From an uncultured bacterium (lineage in GTDB: Bacteria > Verrucomicrobiota > Verrucomicrobiia > Limisphaerales > UBA8199), in NCBI GenBank assembly GCA_963749495.1, contig CAVVMW010000021.1, positions 256,001 through 320,000 of the forward strand: a stretch of 64,000 nucleotides of DNA. Reading direction: 5' to 3'. Positions 9,131 through 18,830 of the stretch are shown one piece after another. The position numbers and the translations under genes were made by a program. Position 1 is the stretch's first letter; the number at the start of each line of letters is the position of its first letter. Below the pieces are notes generated by a model. That model saw nothing but the letters and a program-made list of their open reading frames with translations. It did not search any database and had not been told where the DNA came from.

Positions 9131-10552
9131 ATGACAATAAGCCGCCGCCAATTCATCCGTGACACGTCGCTCTTGGCCACTACCGCCGCGCTCAGCCCGG
9201 CAACCGCCTGGGCGGCCGACTCCGCCTTTCCGGTCGTCCGCGCGCCCGAGGCCAAACGGAAATTCAAAAGCCCCGCCGTCGAGCGGACCATCGAACAAGT
9301 CAAGTCCTCGATAGGCAACAAGGAGCTGGCCTGGCTCTTCGAGAATTGCTTCCCCAACACCCTGGACACCACCGTCGATTTCCAGGTCGTGGACGGCCGG
9401 CCCGATACGTATGTGATCACCGGCGACATCAATGCGATGTGGCTGCGCGACAGCACCGCCCAGGTCTGGCCGTACCTCCCGTTGATGAAGGAGGACCCAA
9501 GGCTCCAGCAACTGATCGCGGGCGTCATCAACCGCCACACCCGCTGCATCCTCAAGGACCCCTACGCCAACGCCTTCTACAAGGACGAATCCAAAATCAG
9601 CGAATGGAAGAGCGACCGCACGGAGATGAAACCGGGCGTCCACGAGCGCAAATGGGAAATCAACTCGCTCTGCTACCCGGTCCGCCTGGCCTATTTTTAC
9701 TGGAAGACCACCGGTGACACTGCCCCGTTCGACACGGCATGGCGCGAGGCGGTCTCGAAGATCCTCCAGACTTTCCGCGAGCAACAGCGCAAGACCGGCC
9801 GGGGCCCCTACCGATTCCTGCGCCGGACCGAGACCCAAACCGACACCCTGGCCGGCGGCGGCTACGGCCGCCCCGCGAAACCTGTCGGCCTCATCTGCTC
9901 CATGTTCCGGCCCAGCGACAACTCGACTGTCTTCCCGTTCCTGGTGCCGTCCAATTTCTTCGCCGTTGTGAGTCTGCGCCAGGCCGCCCAGATGCTCGAC
10001 CAGATCCATCATGACGCCGCTGCCGCACAATACCGCGCCATGGCCGACGAAGTCGAGCAGGCCCTCCACCATCACGCGACCGTCAACCACCCCCGGTTCG
10101 GCCGCCTCTATGCCTACGAGGTGGACGCCTTCGGCAACTTCTACTGCATCAATGATGGCAACGTCCCCAGCCTCCTCTCCTTGCCCTACATCGGCGCTGT
10201 CAAGCCCGACGACAAGCTCTATCTCAACACCCGCCGGCTGGTCCTCTCCGAGGGCAATCCCTATTACTGCAAAGGCCGCGCGGCCCAAGGGCCCGGCGGT
10301 CCGCACGTCGGCATGGAGATGATCTGGCCCCTGGGCCTCATCGTCCAGGGCCTGACCAGCACGAACGACCAGGAGGTGCGTCACTGCCTGGTCACGCTCC
10401 AAAAGACCCATGCCGGCACCGGCTTCATGCACGAGGCCTTCCACAAAGACGACCCCAAACGCTTCACCCGCTCCTGGTTCGCCTGGGCCAACACCATCTT
10501 CGGCGAACTGGTCCTTAAAACCTTCCACGCCCGCCCTCGCCTGCTGGACTGA
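9131..10552 (+). CDS. Glycoside hydrolase family 125 (exo-alpha-1,6-mannosidase-like), Tat signal
   Basis: SRRQFI; FENCFPNTLDTT, MWLRDS, ERKWE, FRPSD, MHEAF, FTRSWFAWAN. Confidence 0.93.
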   Translation: MTISRRQFIRDTSLLATTAALSPATAWAADSAFPVVRAPEAKRKFKSPAVERTIEQVKSSIGNKELAWLFENCFPNTLDTTVDFQVVDGRPDTYVITGDINAMWLRDSTAQVWPYLPLMKEDPRLQQLIAGVINRHTRCILKDPYANAFYKDESKISEWKSDRTEMKPGVHERKWEINSLCYPVRLAYFYWKTTGDTAPFDTAWREAVSKILQTFREQQRKTGRGPYRFLRRTETQTDTLAGGGYGRPAKPVGLICSMFRPSDNSTVFPFLVPSNFFAVVSLRQAAQMLDQIHHDAAAAQYRAMADEVEQALHHHATVNHPRFGRLYAYEVDAFGNFYCINDGNVPSLLSLPYIGAVKPDDKLYLNTRRLVLSEGNPYYCKGRAAQGPGGPHVGMEMIWPLGLIVQGLTSTNDQEVRHCLVTLQKTHAGTGFMHEAFHKDDPKRFTRSWFAWANTIFGELVLKTFHARPRLLD

Positions 10553-10585
10553 GGGACGGAAGGGACGCCAGCGACACCGCAGACA

Positions 10586-10735
10586 GACCCCTCACCCCAA
10601 CCCTCTCCCCATCGGATGGGGAGAGGGAGGATTCTCCGCAGCGGCTCGAGGCAGCACAGACGCATGGAACTTCAAGAGACGGCCGAGGTTCCTCCCTCTC
10701 CCCTTCGGAAGGGGAGAGGGCTGGGGTGAGGGGTC
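10586..10735. repeat. 150-bp palindromic MITE-like element, family B
   Basis: TIR GACCCCTCACCCC/GGGGTGAGGGGTC, two internal CCCTCTCCCC hairpins; inverted near-copy at 32702-32851. Confidence 0.9.
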
Positions 10736-10913
10736 CGTCGGGGACTCTGTCTCCGCCCACGCTGGCCCGTTCCTTTCTCCCAAACTTTCGCCTTGCATTG
10801 CCCCGCCCAACCGCGCTTAGATGGCGGCGGAACGCAGAAAGGCCGGACGCAGCCCCAAGCGTGCGCCCGCCCGCCTGCCCGGTTCGACAGCACGAAACAC
10901 AAATCAGCCATCT

Positions 10914-11643
10914 ATGAAAAGAAAAAGCCTGTTCGTTTTAATCACCCTGGCCGCCGGCTCCCTGCTCGCCGCGGACTCCGGCCCCAAGGACGACATCATC
11001 GCCGCCGCCAAGAAGCTGGGCCAGCAAAGCTACAACTGGAAGACCACCATGGAGATGGGCAATTTCTCGAACACGTCCGACGGCCAGGTCAACAAGGACG
11101 GCGTGGTCCATCTCACCATGACCTTCAATGAGAACACGACCCAGGCCTATTTGAAGGGCGAGAAGGGCGCCATCAAGCTGCCGGACCAGGAGTGGCAGTC
11201 CCTGGCCGAGGTGACCAGCGATAGCGGCGGCCAGGGCCGCGGCCGCTTCATGGGCCGCATGTTCAGGAACTACAAGGCCCCGGCCGCCCAACTCGAGGAA
11301 GTCGTCGCCAAGACCAAGGAACTCAAAAAGGAGGGCGATGCCCTTGCCGCGGACCTGACCGATGCCGGAGCCAAAGATCTCCTCGCCTTCGGCGGACGGC
11401 GCGGCGCCAACGCCAATGCCCCCGAGACCCAAGAACGCCAAAGGCAGCCTCAAGGTCTGGCTCAAGGATGGCCTTCCTCTCAAGTACCAGCTCAAGGTTC
11501 AGGGCACCATCACCACGCCCAACGGCGATGACCGCAACGTCAACCGCACGACAACGATCGAGCTCAAGGACATCGGCAAGGCCAAATTCGAAATCCCCGA
11601 CGAGGCCAGCAAGAAGCTTTCGCAAAAACCTGCCGCAGAGTGA
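10914..11643 (+). CDS. Secreted hypothetical protein; frameshift near 11425
   Basis: Signal peptide MKRKSLFVLITLAAGSLLA, strong coding bias, continues in ORF 11362. Confidence 0.75.
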
Positions 11644-11925
11644 TGGGAAAGGCCGAAGGCCAAAGCTAAAGGCTGAAGGCTAAAGGCTAAAGTGAAGGCC
11701 ACGGCGCAGGGGCGCGTGGCCTTTCACTGTGCCTTGCGGCACTCTGCAAGCTCCACTTCACACTTCGGCCCTCGGCGTGATGGGAAAGGCTAAAGGCTAA
11801 AGGCTAAAGTGAAGGCCACAGGGCAGGAGCGCGTGGCCTTTCACTGTGCCTTGCTGTGCTCTGCAAGCTCCACTTCACCCTTCGGTCCTTTAGCCTTCAG
11901 CCTTCAGCCTTTAGCCTTTCCCCAT
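11644..11925. repeat. (GGCTAAA)n-ended element with internal ~130-bp direct duplication
   Basis: TGGGAAAGGC...GCCTTTCCC ends, heptamer tracts, duplicated GTGAAGGCCAC...GCAAGCTCCACTTCAC core. Confidence 0.85.
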
Positions 11926-13195
11926 GAGTTCCCGCCGGCTCTCAGTCTTTGACACCCTCTGCCTGGGTGTCAACGCCATCATCGGCTCGGGGATCTTCGT
12001 CCACCCCGGCGAACTGGCCAGGGAGGCGGGGCCGGCGTCGGTCCTGGCCTTCGGCCTGTGCGGGCTGCTGCTGGTCTTGGTGGCGCTCTGTTACGCCGAG
12101 TTGGGGAGCATGTTCGGCCAGAGCGGCGGCCCTTATGTGTATGCCAGAGAGGCCTTCGGCCCCAGGCTCGGTTATGGCGTGGGCTGGATCTCCTGGGTCA
12201 CCTCGATCTTCAGTTGGGCGGCCGTGGCCAACGCCGTGAGTCCCAGCCTGGCCTATTTCCACCCGGTCTTCGGCGGGGCCTTTGCCGTCAAAGGCGTCGC
12301 CCTCCTTATGGTCCTGGGCTTTGGCCTGCTCAACTACCGCGGCATCAAGCTGGGGGCGCGGACCGTCGATCTCTTCACCCTCGCCAAGCTGGCGCCCCTG
12401 CTCCTGTTTGTCGCCGTCGGGCTGTTCTGCATCAAGCCCGAGAATTACCACCCCTTCTGGAAGGCCGGCAGCGCCTCCTTCGGCCACGCACTCTTCCTCT
12501 GCCTGTGGTCGCTCCAAGGCTTCGAAGTCACTCCGTTCCCCTCCGGCGAATCCCTCCATCCCCAAAAGGCCGTCCCGATAGCCGCGGTGGGCTCGTTGCT
12601 CTGCGCCACCCTGCTCTATGTGCTCGTCCAGGCCGTCGCGGTGGGCACCTTTCACGGACTGGCCAGCGCCGGCGCCCAACCGCTGGTCGCCGCCTCCGCC
12701 CAATTCATGGGACCCGCCGGGGCAACCCTCCTCGCCTTCGGCGCCGCCATCTCGATGATCGGCTACAATGCCGGCAACGCCCTGGGCTCTCCCCGGCTCC
12801 TCTCCGCCCTGGCCGCCGACAGCCACCTCCCGCCCCGGTTGGCCGCGCCGCATCCTCGCTTCTCCACCCCCTCGGCCGCCATCCTGATCACCACCGGCCT
12901 CACCGCCTGTGCCGCCTCGTTCCTGAGCTTCGATGCCCTCGTCGACCTCGCCAACCTCGTCGTCATCCTCCAATACCTGGCCACCTGCACCTCCCTCATC
13001 CGCTTGCGCCTGGTCCAGCCCGATGCCCCGCGCCTCTTCCGCATCCCCGCCGGCATCCCCGTAGCCCTCGCCGGCTGCGCCGTCTCGCTCTGGCTCGCCA
13101 AGGACGTCAAACCATCCGAATTCCTCCTGGCCGGCGCCGTCATCGGCCTGGGCTTCCTCTGCCGGGCCGGTTGGGCGCGCAGGAGCACCTTCTAA
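11924..13195 (+). CDS. APC family amino acid permease
   Basis: NAIIGSGIF, YAELGS, SGGPYVYAREAFG, HPRFSTP. Confidence 0.92.
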   Translation: MSSRRLSVFDTLCLGVNAIIGSGIFVHPGELAREAGPASVLAFGLCGLLLVLVALCYAELGSMFGQSGGPYVYAREAFGPRLGYGVGWISWVTSIFSWAAVANAVSPSLAYFHPVFGGAFAVKGVALLMVLGFGLLNYRGIKLGARTVDLFTLAKLAPLLLFVAVGLFCIKPENYHPFWKAGSASFGHALFLCLWSLQGFEVTPFPSGESLHPQKAVPIAAVGSLLCATLLYVLVQAVAVGTFHGLASAGAQPLVAASAQFMGPAGATLLAFGAAISMIGYNAGNALGSPRLLSALAADSHLPPRLAAPHPRFSTPSAAILITTGLTACAASFLSFDALVDLANLVVILQYLATCTSLIRLRLVQPDAPRLFRIPAGIPVALAGCAVSLWLAKDVKPSEFLLAGAVIGLGFLCRAGWARRSTF

Positions 13196-13254
13196 CCCCA
13201 ATCTTCGTCTCCTTCGTTTGCTTCTGTGCCGCTCAAGACCCCCCACCGAAGGAA

Positions 13255-13313
13255 ACTCCGCACTCCGCATTCCGCGCTCCGCATTCCGCATTCCGCGCTC
13301 CGCATTCCGCGCT
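13255..13313. repeat. Heptamer tandem repeat (CGCATTC/CGCGCTC)n
   Basis: About eight imperfect units next to the tRNA-Thr 3' end. Confidence 0.9.
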
Positions 13314-13319
13314 CAAAAC

Positions 13320-13394
13320 TGGAGCCAGTTGAGGGATTTGAACCCCCGACCCACGGTTTACAAAACCGTTGCTCTACCACTGAGCTAAACTGGC
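13320..13394 (-). tRNA. tRNA-Thr(TGT)
   Basis: Reverse complement GCCAGTTTAGCTCAGTGGTAGAGCAACGGTTTTGTAAACCGTGGGTCGGGGGTTCAAATCCCTCAACTGGCTCCA. Confidence 0.97.
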
Positions 13395-13519
13395 TTAAGG
13401 CATTGATTCACAGCAACTTACGCAGACAATACAAGCGCGTGTTGAAACCCGGTGCTGACAGCGCGCGGACGAGGAGAATGCTGCGGCGTCTCCGCAGAGC
13501 GCCGCCGATATCGGACAAT

Positions 13520-13621
13520 CCCCACGACCCCGGCCTGAACAGCTACCCGGAGCTCTTTCAACTCAAGCACTCTGGCACTTATTACGGCACGGTCAAGCGC
13601 GAAGGCTCGTCGGTTGTGTGA
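13520..13621 (+). pseudogene. Possible N-terminal remnant of a tyrosine integrase
   Basis: YPELFQLKHSGTYYGTVKREG resembles, from recall, arm-binding N-termini of integrases; next to a tRNA; no catalytic domain. Confidence 0.35.
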
Positions 13622-13638
13622 GTTGGTCCGTCAAGGGC

Positions 13639-13668
13639 TTGCTCGGAAGGCGCCCTCAAGAGTATAGT
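13639..13668 (+). promoter_or_regulatory. Putative leaderless promoter
   Basis: TTGCTC-18-TATAGT, 6 nt before ATG 13675; the same module recurs at 14821-14850. Confidence 0.65.
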
Positions 13669-13674
13669 GCTCCC

Positions 13675-13914
13675 ATGAGCGTCTTGGAATTAAGTGATGA
13701 GCAGGTGATTTCCATTGTCCGGCAGTTGCCGGCTGCTCGAAAGCGCGCAGCCTTGCTGGCCCTCGCGCACGACGCGCAAGCCCGGCGCGAGGAACGAATG
13801 CGGTTTGGCGAGGCACAATTGCGCCGAGCGTGCGCGGAGCGCGGGCTGGACTGGGACCGTTTGTCGGAAGATGAGCGCGAAACCTTTGTGAATGACCTGC
13901 TGCACGAAAAATGA
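13675..13914 (+). CDS. Putative antitoxin of PIN toxin
   Basis: 79 aa, ATGA-coupled to the PIN gene. Confidence 0.75.
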   Translation: MSVLELSDEQVISIVRQLPAARKRAALLALAHDAQARREERMRFGEAQLRRACAERGLDWDRLSEDERETFVNDLLHEK

Positions 13915-14333
13915 TCGTGGCCCCTACAGCGGTCTTCGATACGAACATTCTCTTTTCCGCGACGGCTTGGCGAGGAAATCCATTCCGATGCGTCGAGCGG
14001 GCGCGGGTTGGTGAAACCCAGGCTGTGACCTGCCCGGAATTGATGGAGGAGTTGGCCGAGAAATTAGAGATGAAGCTGGGCTTTTCCCCGGAACAAGCCG
14101 TCGAAACGCTGGCGGATTATTTAGGGTTCCTCCGGATGGTGAGTATTCCAAAGCTGTTGGCTGCGGTGCCGCGCGATCCAGACGGTAACATGGTGCTCGA
14201 ATGCGCCATCGAGGGAAAGGCCCAATACATCGTGACCGGCGACAAGGACCTTCTCGTGCTGAAAACGTTCCGTGACATTCAAATCGTCCGCGCCAGCGAC
14301 TTCCTGAAAGTTCCGGCGAAGGGGCCCGGCTGA
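13911..14333 (+). CDS. PIN-domain (VapC-like) toxin
   Basis: VFDTNIL, EEL, RDPD, IVTGDKDLL. Confidence 0.92.
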   Translation: MIVAPTAVFDTNILFSATAWRGNPFRCVERARVGETQAVTCPELMEELAEKLEMKLGFSPEQAVETLADYLGFLRMVSIPKLLAAVPRDPDGNMVLECAIEGKAQYIVTGDKDLLVLKTFRDIQIVRASDFLKVPAKGPG

Positions 14334-14373
14334 GTGTGAAATTGCAGGTTGCTTTTCGACCCGGCATGGGATG

Positions 14374-14625
14374 CCCGGTGGTGCTCGACACCGAGACCCT
14401 GGCACCCAGGCAGCCTGCCGGCTACTGCCGCCTCAATGGAGAGGCAATGGCAGGCTGGCGGCCGCACTGGCGCAGGACCACGGGCCTTTCCGGCAGGCGG
14501 AAAGGAGAGTGAACATGACAACGGCGTGGCTCGCATGTGCGCACTTGCTGAGCGGCCCCGCTGGGCCGCTGGAAGACCCGTTGCGACCCGCCTCGAAGTG
14601 AAAAGCTATGGTCTGACCCCTCGCA
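14374..14625 (+). repeat. ~250-bp diverged direct repeat, copy 1
   Basis: Shares CTGGCGCAGGACCACGG, CGGAAAGGAGAGTGAA, CGCTGGGCCGCTG and GGTCTGACCCCTC with 17701-17958. Confidence 0.85.
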
Positions 14626-14820
14626 CCTCGCACGAGCCTTTGGCCGTGACCAACCGCGTGCAGGGGAACTTGCTCCCGGGCGGAATTCAGGAGACCAACC
14701 GCGCGAACCGCAGCGGGAAGTCCTTCCGGCCCATGCCAGCCATCCGGGGACTGGGCGCCAACGTGGCGATCAACCTGGGCATCTGGGATGTGGCGGCCCA
14801 CCGACTGGGCCGTCAAGGGC

Positions 14821-14850
14821 TTGCTCTGAACGCGTCGCTAAGGGTATAGT
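14821..14850 (+). promoter_or_regulatory. Putative leaderless promoter
   Basis: TTGCTC-18-TATAGT, 6 nt before GTG 14857. Confidence 0.65.
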
Positions 14851-14856
14851 TTTGCC

Positions 14857-15072
14857 GTGAGCAAGATTGAGGAAATCGAGCGGGCAGTCGAGCGATTGCC
14901 TCTAAGAGACTTCGTCAGGCTGGCCCTCTGGGTTGACCGCCGCCGCGAGCAGCTTGAAAGCTTGCAGCCGGTCGGCGACAAGAGCCAAGGGGTTCTCCGT
15001 GACCACAGCGCCTTCCTAAACAGCTATGCCCCGCAGGACGAGGGTCTCTACGACGATGCCGCAGCCCGGTGA
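14857..15072 (+). CDS. Putative antitoxin of MazF/PemK toxin
   Basis: 71 aa with acidic tail (PQDEGLYDD) overlapping the toxin start. Confidence 0.75.
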   Translation: MSKIEEIERAVERLPLRDFVRLALWVDRRREQLESLQPVGDKSQGVLRDHSAFLNSYAPQDEGLYDDAAAR

Positions 15073-15379
15073 AATCTGGCTCGCGGATATTCCGTTCACG
15101 AGCCGCGCGGCCTCAAAACTGCGTCCCGTTTTGGTGCTCTGGGCGGACGCCGCTGATGTTGTGGTCGCGGCGGTTACATCGGCAGAGCCACGTTCCACGA
15201 CGGATGTAGCCTTGCAATGCTGGTCGGCAGCGGGTTTGCGCGTCGCATCCACCGTAAGGCTGTCCCGGCTGGATTGCTTGGAACAGCTCCTTCTGCGGCG
15301 CCGTTTGGGTGTCCTTGCTCCAGTCGATGCTGAGCAGTTGAAGCGCGTTTGGGCGAACGAAATCCGGCTGCGGTTCTGA
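15056..15379 (+). CDS. MazF/PemK family toxin
   Basis: PGEIWLADIPFT...KLRPVLVL...AAVTS...STVRL...LGVL. Confidence 0.88.
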   Translation: MPQPGEIWLADIPFTSRAASKLRPVLVLWADAADVVVAAVTSAEPRSTTDVALQCWSAAGLRVASTVRLSRLDCLEQLLLRRRLGVLAPVDAEQLKRVWANEIRLRF

Positions 15380-15539
15380 CTCGGGGACGGAAGGGAATTT
15401 GTTTGTCACTTCCTCCCCTCCTCTGGGCTCCCCGCCGTGCCCGTCGCTGCGCGTGGCTTTCACGCTTCGCGCCATTTCCGAAATGCGGAAAGGAAGGTGA
15501 ATTCTCACAGTTCAGCAGATCGATCGAAACTCCAACGTG

Positions 15540-17168
15540 TCAGCGCACGTGGCCACGGTAGAACAGCGTAGCCTGGGCTGGGGTGGGGCTGACGAAATAA
15601 TTAGTCCCGCCCTCCAGGATATAAGTGCCGACCACCGCCCAGTTGAACAAATCGTCCGACAACTCAACGTCCACTGCCAGGTCGGGAAGGCCGGTAATTC
15701 CAAAACCGAACTGGCCGGCGCTCAGGCTCGGCGGCTGTAAAATCGGCGCAGGTACTGCGCTCGCGAGCATTCCTTTCCGGATCGTGTTGTTGCCATCGTC
15801 CGCCACATAGACGTTGCCCGCGCTGTCCGCCGCCACGCCGACTGGGTAAGCGAACCGCGCGGCGCTCCCCGTCCCGTCCGCGCTGCCCTCCCTGAAAGGC
15901 AATCCGGCCAGGGTCGTCACCACTCCGCCCGGCGTCACCCTCCGGATCGTGTTGACGTCTGACTCCGCCACATAGACGTTGCCCGCGCTGTCCACCGCCA
16001 CACTGTTAGGATAGTCAAACCTCGCGGCGTTGCCCGTCCCGTCATTGGTGCCCGAACTGCCCGCCAGTCCGGCGAGCGTCGTCACCACTCCCGCCGGCGT
16101 CACTTTGCGGACAGTGTAGTTGTAGGCGTCCGCCACATAGACGTTGCCCGCGCTGTCCACCGCCACGCCGGTAGGTGTATTAAACCGCGCGGCGCTCCCC
16201 GTCCCGTCCGCGCTGCCACTCCTGCCCGCCAATCCGGCCAGCGTCGTCACCACTCCCGCTGGTGTCACCTTGCGAATCGTGTCGTTTCCTGAATCCGCCA
16301 CATAGACGTTGCCCGGGCTGTCCGCCGCCACGCCGTAAGGACCACCAAACCGCGCGGCGCTCCCCGTCCCGTCCGCGCTGCCACCGCTGCCCGCCAATCC
16401 GGCCAGCGTCGTCACCACGCCCGCCGGCGTCACTTTGCGGATCGTGTAGTTATAAGTGTCCGCCACATAGACGTTGCCCGCGGTGTCCACCGCCACGCCG
16501 TTAGGACAATAAAACCCCGCGGCGCTGTTCGTCCCGTCCGCGCTGCCAGCAACGCCCGCCCGTCCGGCCAGGGTCGTCACCACGCCCGCCGGCGTCATTT
16601 TGCGGATCGTGCAGTTATTACTGTCCGCCACATAGACGTTGCCGTTCGTGTCCACCGCCACCCCGACAGGATTAGTAAACCGCGCGGCGCTCCCCGTTCC
16701 ATCATTGGTGCCGGAAGTGCCCGCCAGACCGGCCAGCGTCGTCACCAGGCCTGCGGGCGTCACTTTGCGGATCGTGTCGTTGAGATAGTCCGCCACATAG
16801 ATGTTGCCTGCGGTGTCCACCGCCAGCCCGGAAGGCCAAAAAAACCGCGCGGCGTTCCCCGTACCGTCATTCGTGCCGGAAGTGCGCGCCAGACCAGCCA
16901 GCGTCGTCACCACTCCCGCCGGCGTCACTTTGCGGACAGTGTAGTTGTAGGCGTCCGCCACATAGACGTTGCCCGCGCTGTCCACCCCCACGCCGGTAGG
17001 TGTATTAAACCGCGCGGCGCTCCCCGTCCCGTCATTGGTCCCGGGAGTGCCCGCCAATCCGGCCAGCGTCGTCACCACGCCTGCGGGCGTCACTTTGCGG
17101 ATCGTCTGGTTGCCATAGTCCGCCACATAGATGTTGCCCGCGGTGTCCACCGCCACCCCGGAAGGCAT
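15540..17168 (-). CDS. NHL-repeat beta-propeller protein, probably 5'-truncated
   Basis: Nine ~55-aa repeats (PxGVAVDxAGNxYVADxxNxTIRKVTPAGVVTTLAG) and a short C-terminal domain ending FYRGHVR; starts mid-repeat, no signal peptide. Confidence 0.9.
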   Translation of the reverse strand: MPSGVAVDTAGNIYVADYGNQTIRKVTPAGVVTTLAGLAGTPGTNDGTGSAARFNTPTGVGVDSAGNVYVADAYNYTVRKVTPAGVVTTLAGLARTSGTNDGTGNAARFFWPSGLAVDTAGNIYVADYLNDTIRKVTPAGLVTTLAGLAGTSGTNDGTGSAARFTNPVGVAVDTNGNVYVADSNNCTIRKMTPAGVVTTLAGRAGVAGSADGTNSAAGFYCPNGVAVDTAGNVYVADTYNYTIRKVTPAGVVTTLAGLAGSGGSADGTGSAARFGGPYGVAADSPGNVYVADSGNDTIRKVTPAGVVTTLAGLAGRSGSADGTGSAARFNTPTGVAVDSAGNVYVADAYNYTVRKVTPAGVVTTLAGLAGSSGTNDGTGNAARFDYPNSVAVDSAGNVYVAESDVNTIRRVTPGGVVTTLAGLPFREGSADGTGSAARFAYPVGVAADSAGNVYVADDGNNTIRKGMLASAVPAPILQPPSLSAGQFGFGITGLPDLAVDVELSDDLFNWAVVGTYILEGGTNYFVSPTPAQATLFYRGHVR

Positions 17169-17254
17169 ATCAAACTAGCAGGCACTTGAAGGAGTCTGGC
17201 ACGGATTGCGGCAGGCTCAAGCGCCAAGGCTCGCGCGTTGCATGTCGGTCGGTG

Positions 17255-17296
17255 TCCAAATCAGAAAAGGACAACATCATTTCTGGAGCAATTCAT
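17255..17296 (-). pseudogene. Stub of a MazF-like toxin
   Basis: MNCSRNDVVL, then out-of-frame FSDL; overlaps the antitoxin 3' end as a cognate toxin would. Confidence 0.4.
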
Positions 17297-17483
17297 TGAA
17301 GACGTCATCGGCGTCGTTGTTCCATACTTCGGCCAGAGAATCTTCGGAGAGCTTCAACCAGGCCTCGCGCTCGACATCGGCGGATTCGATGGTGACGCGC
17401 ACATGAGATTTCTCCGGCAACGACAACGGCCGGTTCAGGACGAGTATCCCGTTTTCATAGATGGCGTCAACAGTCGTTGTCAT
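17277..17483 (-). CDS. AF2212/DUF104-like antitoxin
   Basis: MTTTVDAIYENGILVLNRPLSLPEKSHVRVTI; promoter TTGCAA-17-TATGTT 6 nt upstream. Confidence 0.85.
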   Translation of the reverse strand: MTTTVDAIYENGILVLNRPLSLPEKSHVRVTIESADVEREAWLKLSEDSLAEVWNNDADDVFNELLQK

Positions 17484-17700
17484 GCGGGGAACATAGCCAC
17501 CTGAATGGGCATTTGCAAGGCCCCCTTGCCCGGGGAAATATGGTGGGTAGATTGAACCCTGGCCGCAAAACTCCGGCCCGCGCGTCCTGCTGGTGACCAC
17601 TCGCTCGATGCTGAGGCCATGGCGACCACCCTGGCCGCCTGCTGGCCCCGCTCGAGACCGACGGCCCGGCCGCCCTGCCCGCCTCAACGCCCATTGCCCG

Positions 17701-17958
17701 CCCGGTGGCCAGACCCTCGACACTGAAGCCCCGGCCCCCAGGCGGTTTGCCGGCTGCCGCCGCCTCAATGGCGAGGCAGTGGCGGGCGGAACGCGGCGCT
17801 GGCGCAGGACCACGGCCCTTTCCGACAGCCGGAAAGGAGAGTGAATATGAAAACGGCATGGTGGTTCGCAGGTGGGTACTTGCTGAGCGCCCTCGCTGGG
17901 CCGCTGCAAGACCCCTTGCGGTCCCCCTCGACGCGAAAAACTGGTCTGACCCCTCACA
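17701..17958 (+). repeat. ~250-bp diverged direct repeat, copy 2
   Basis: Collinear with 14374-14625. Confidence 0.85.
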
Positions 17959-18073
17959 TGAGCACACGCGCGTGTGGGGCAGACAAGGTTGCCCATGCCA
18001 ACGGTTTCCCACACGATCCCATGCCAATCACGGACAATCATGAACCACAACGCCACTCCTCGTTTCACTGCCG

Positions 18074-18373
18074 TCAAGTTCCGCGAATGTCATCGAGCAC
18101 CATTTGGCGAAAGACTTCATAGACGACATCGCGGCGCTCCGCAAACAGGCACTTCCTGACAGGTACGCCTTGCTCAAATGCTTCTCTGTAGATAACCCGG
18201 AAATGGCCCGCCCTTAATCGGTTGTAGCCGGTCAACTCGTCCACCAGCGGCCTGATGTCTCCTCGGTCCTCGGCTAAGCGCCGGATTGCAAGCCGCAATT
18301 TCCGTCTCGGTTCTGGAGCCAGAGAGCCTGCGAAATCCTGAACCTGTTCTGACCACTGGACCTCAGCCTTCAT
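18074..18373 (-). CDS. RelE/ParE family toxin
   Basis: DIRPL...GYNRLRAGHFRVIY; overlaps the upstream antitoxin. Confidence 0.85.
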   Translation of the reverse strand: MKAEVQWSEQVQDFAGSLAPEPRRKLRLAIRRLAEDRGDIRPLVDELTGYNRLRAGHFRVIYREAFEQGVPVRKCLFAERRDVVYEVFRQMVLDDIRGT

Positions 18374-18611
18374 CGGGGACCTTGGTGAAGGCGACGTTTC
18401 CCGCTCGATCGGCCTTAACCAACTTCATGAGCTCGCTGTTTTTCTGAAGCTCCATCGTTTCCAGAATGCTCTCCATCACCTGGCGCGAAACCAGAAACGC
18501 AACCGCCCTCCCATTGCGCGTTATGCCCCGTACGCCGAATTCTTCCGTTTCCCGAACAGCTTTCGGCACTGAGGCGGCCAACTCAGTAATCGTTAAATCA
18601 GCATTTTTCAT
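18363..18611 (-). CDS. Phd/YefM-like antitoxin
   Basis: TITEL...ITRNGRAVAFLVS...ESILETMEL; promoter TTGACA-17-TAGCAT 7 nt upstream. Confidence 0.85.
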   Translation of the reverse strand: MKNADLTITELAASVPKAVRETEEFGVRGITRNGRAVAFLVSRQVMESILETMELQKNSELMKLVKADRAGNVAFTKVPDEG

Positions 18612-18654
18612 CCAGAAAATGCTAATCTTGGCTGGGTGCATTGTCAATATGATG

Positions 18655-18830
18655 TGATTGAAGAAATCGAGCAGGCAGTCGAGCAATTGCCTCTAAGAGA
18701 CTTCTTCAGGCAGGCTGGCTGGGTTGATCGCCGCCGCGAGCAGCTCGAAAACTTGCAGTCTGTCGGCGCCAAGCGCGAAGGGGTCCTCCGTGACCAGAGC
18801 GCCTTCCTGGATGACGTGTTGCACGAGAAA
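18655..18830 (+). pseudogene. Decayed chimeric copy of the antitoxins at 14857 and 13675
   Basis: IEEIEQAVEQLPLRDF...GVLRDQSAFL matches 14857; tail DDVLHEK matches NDLLHEK of 13675; start lost. Confidence 0.75.

Noticed and set aside
15760..17168. CRISPR array or DGR in the regularly repeating region
   Set aside because: The 165-bp periodicity is in-frame NHL coding; no cas genes, unique spacers or reverse transcriptase.
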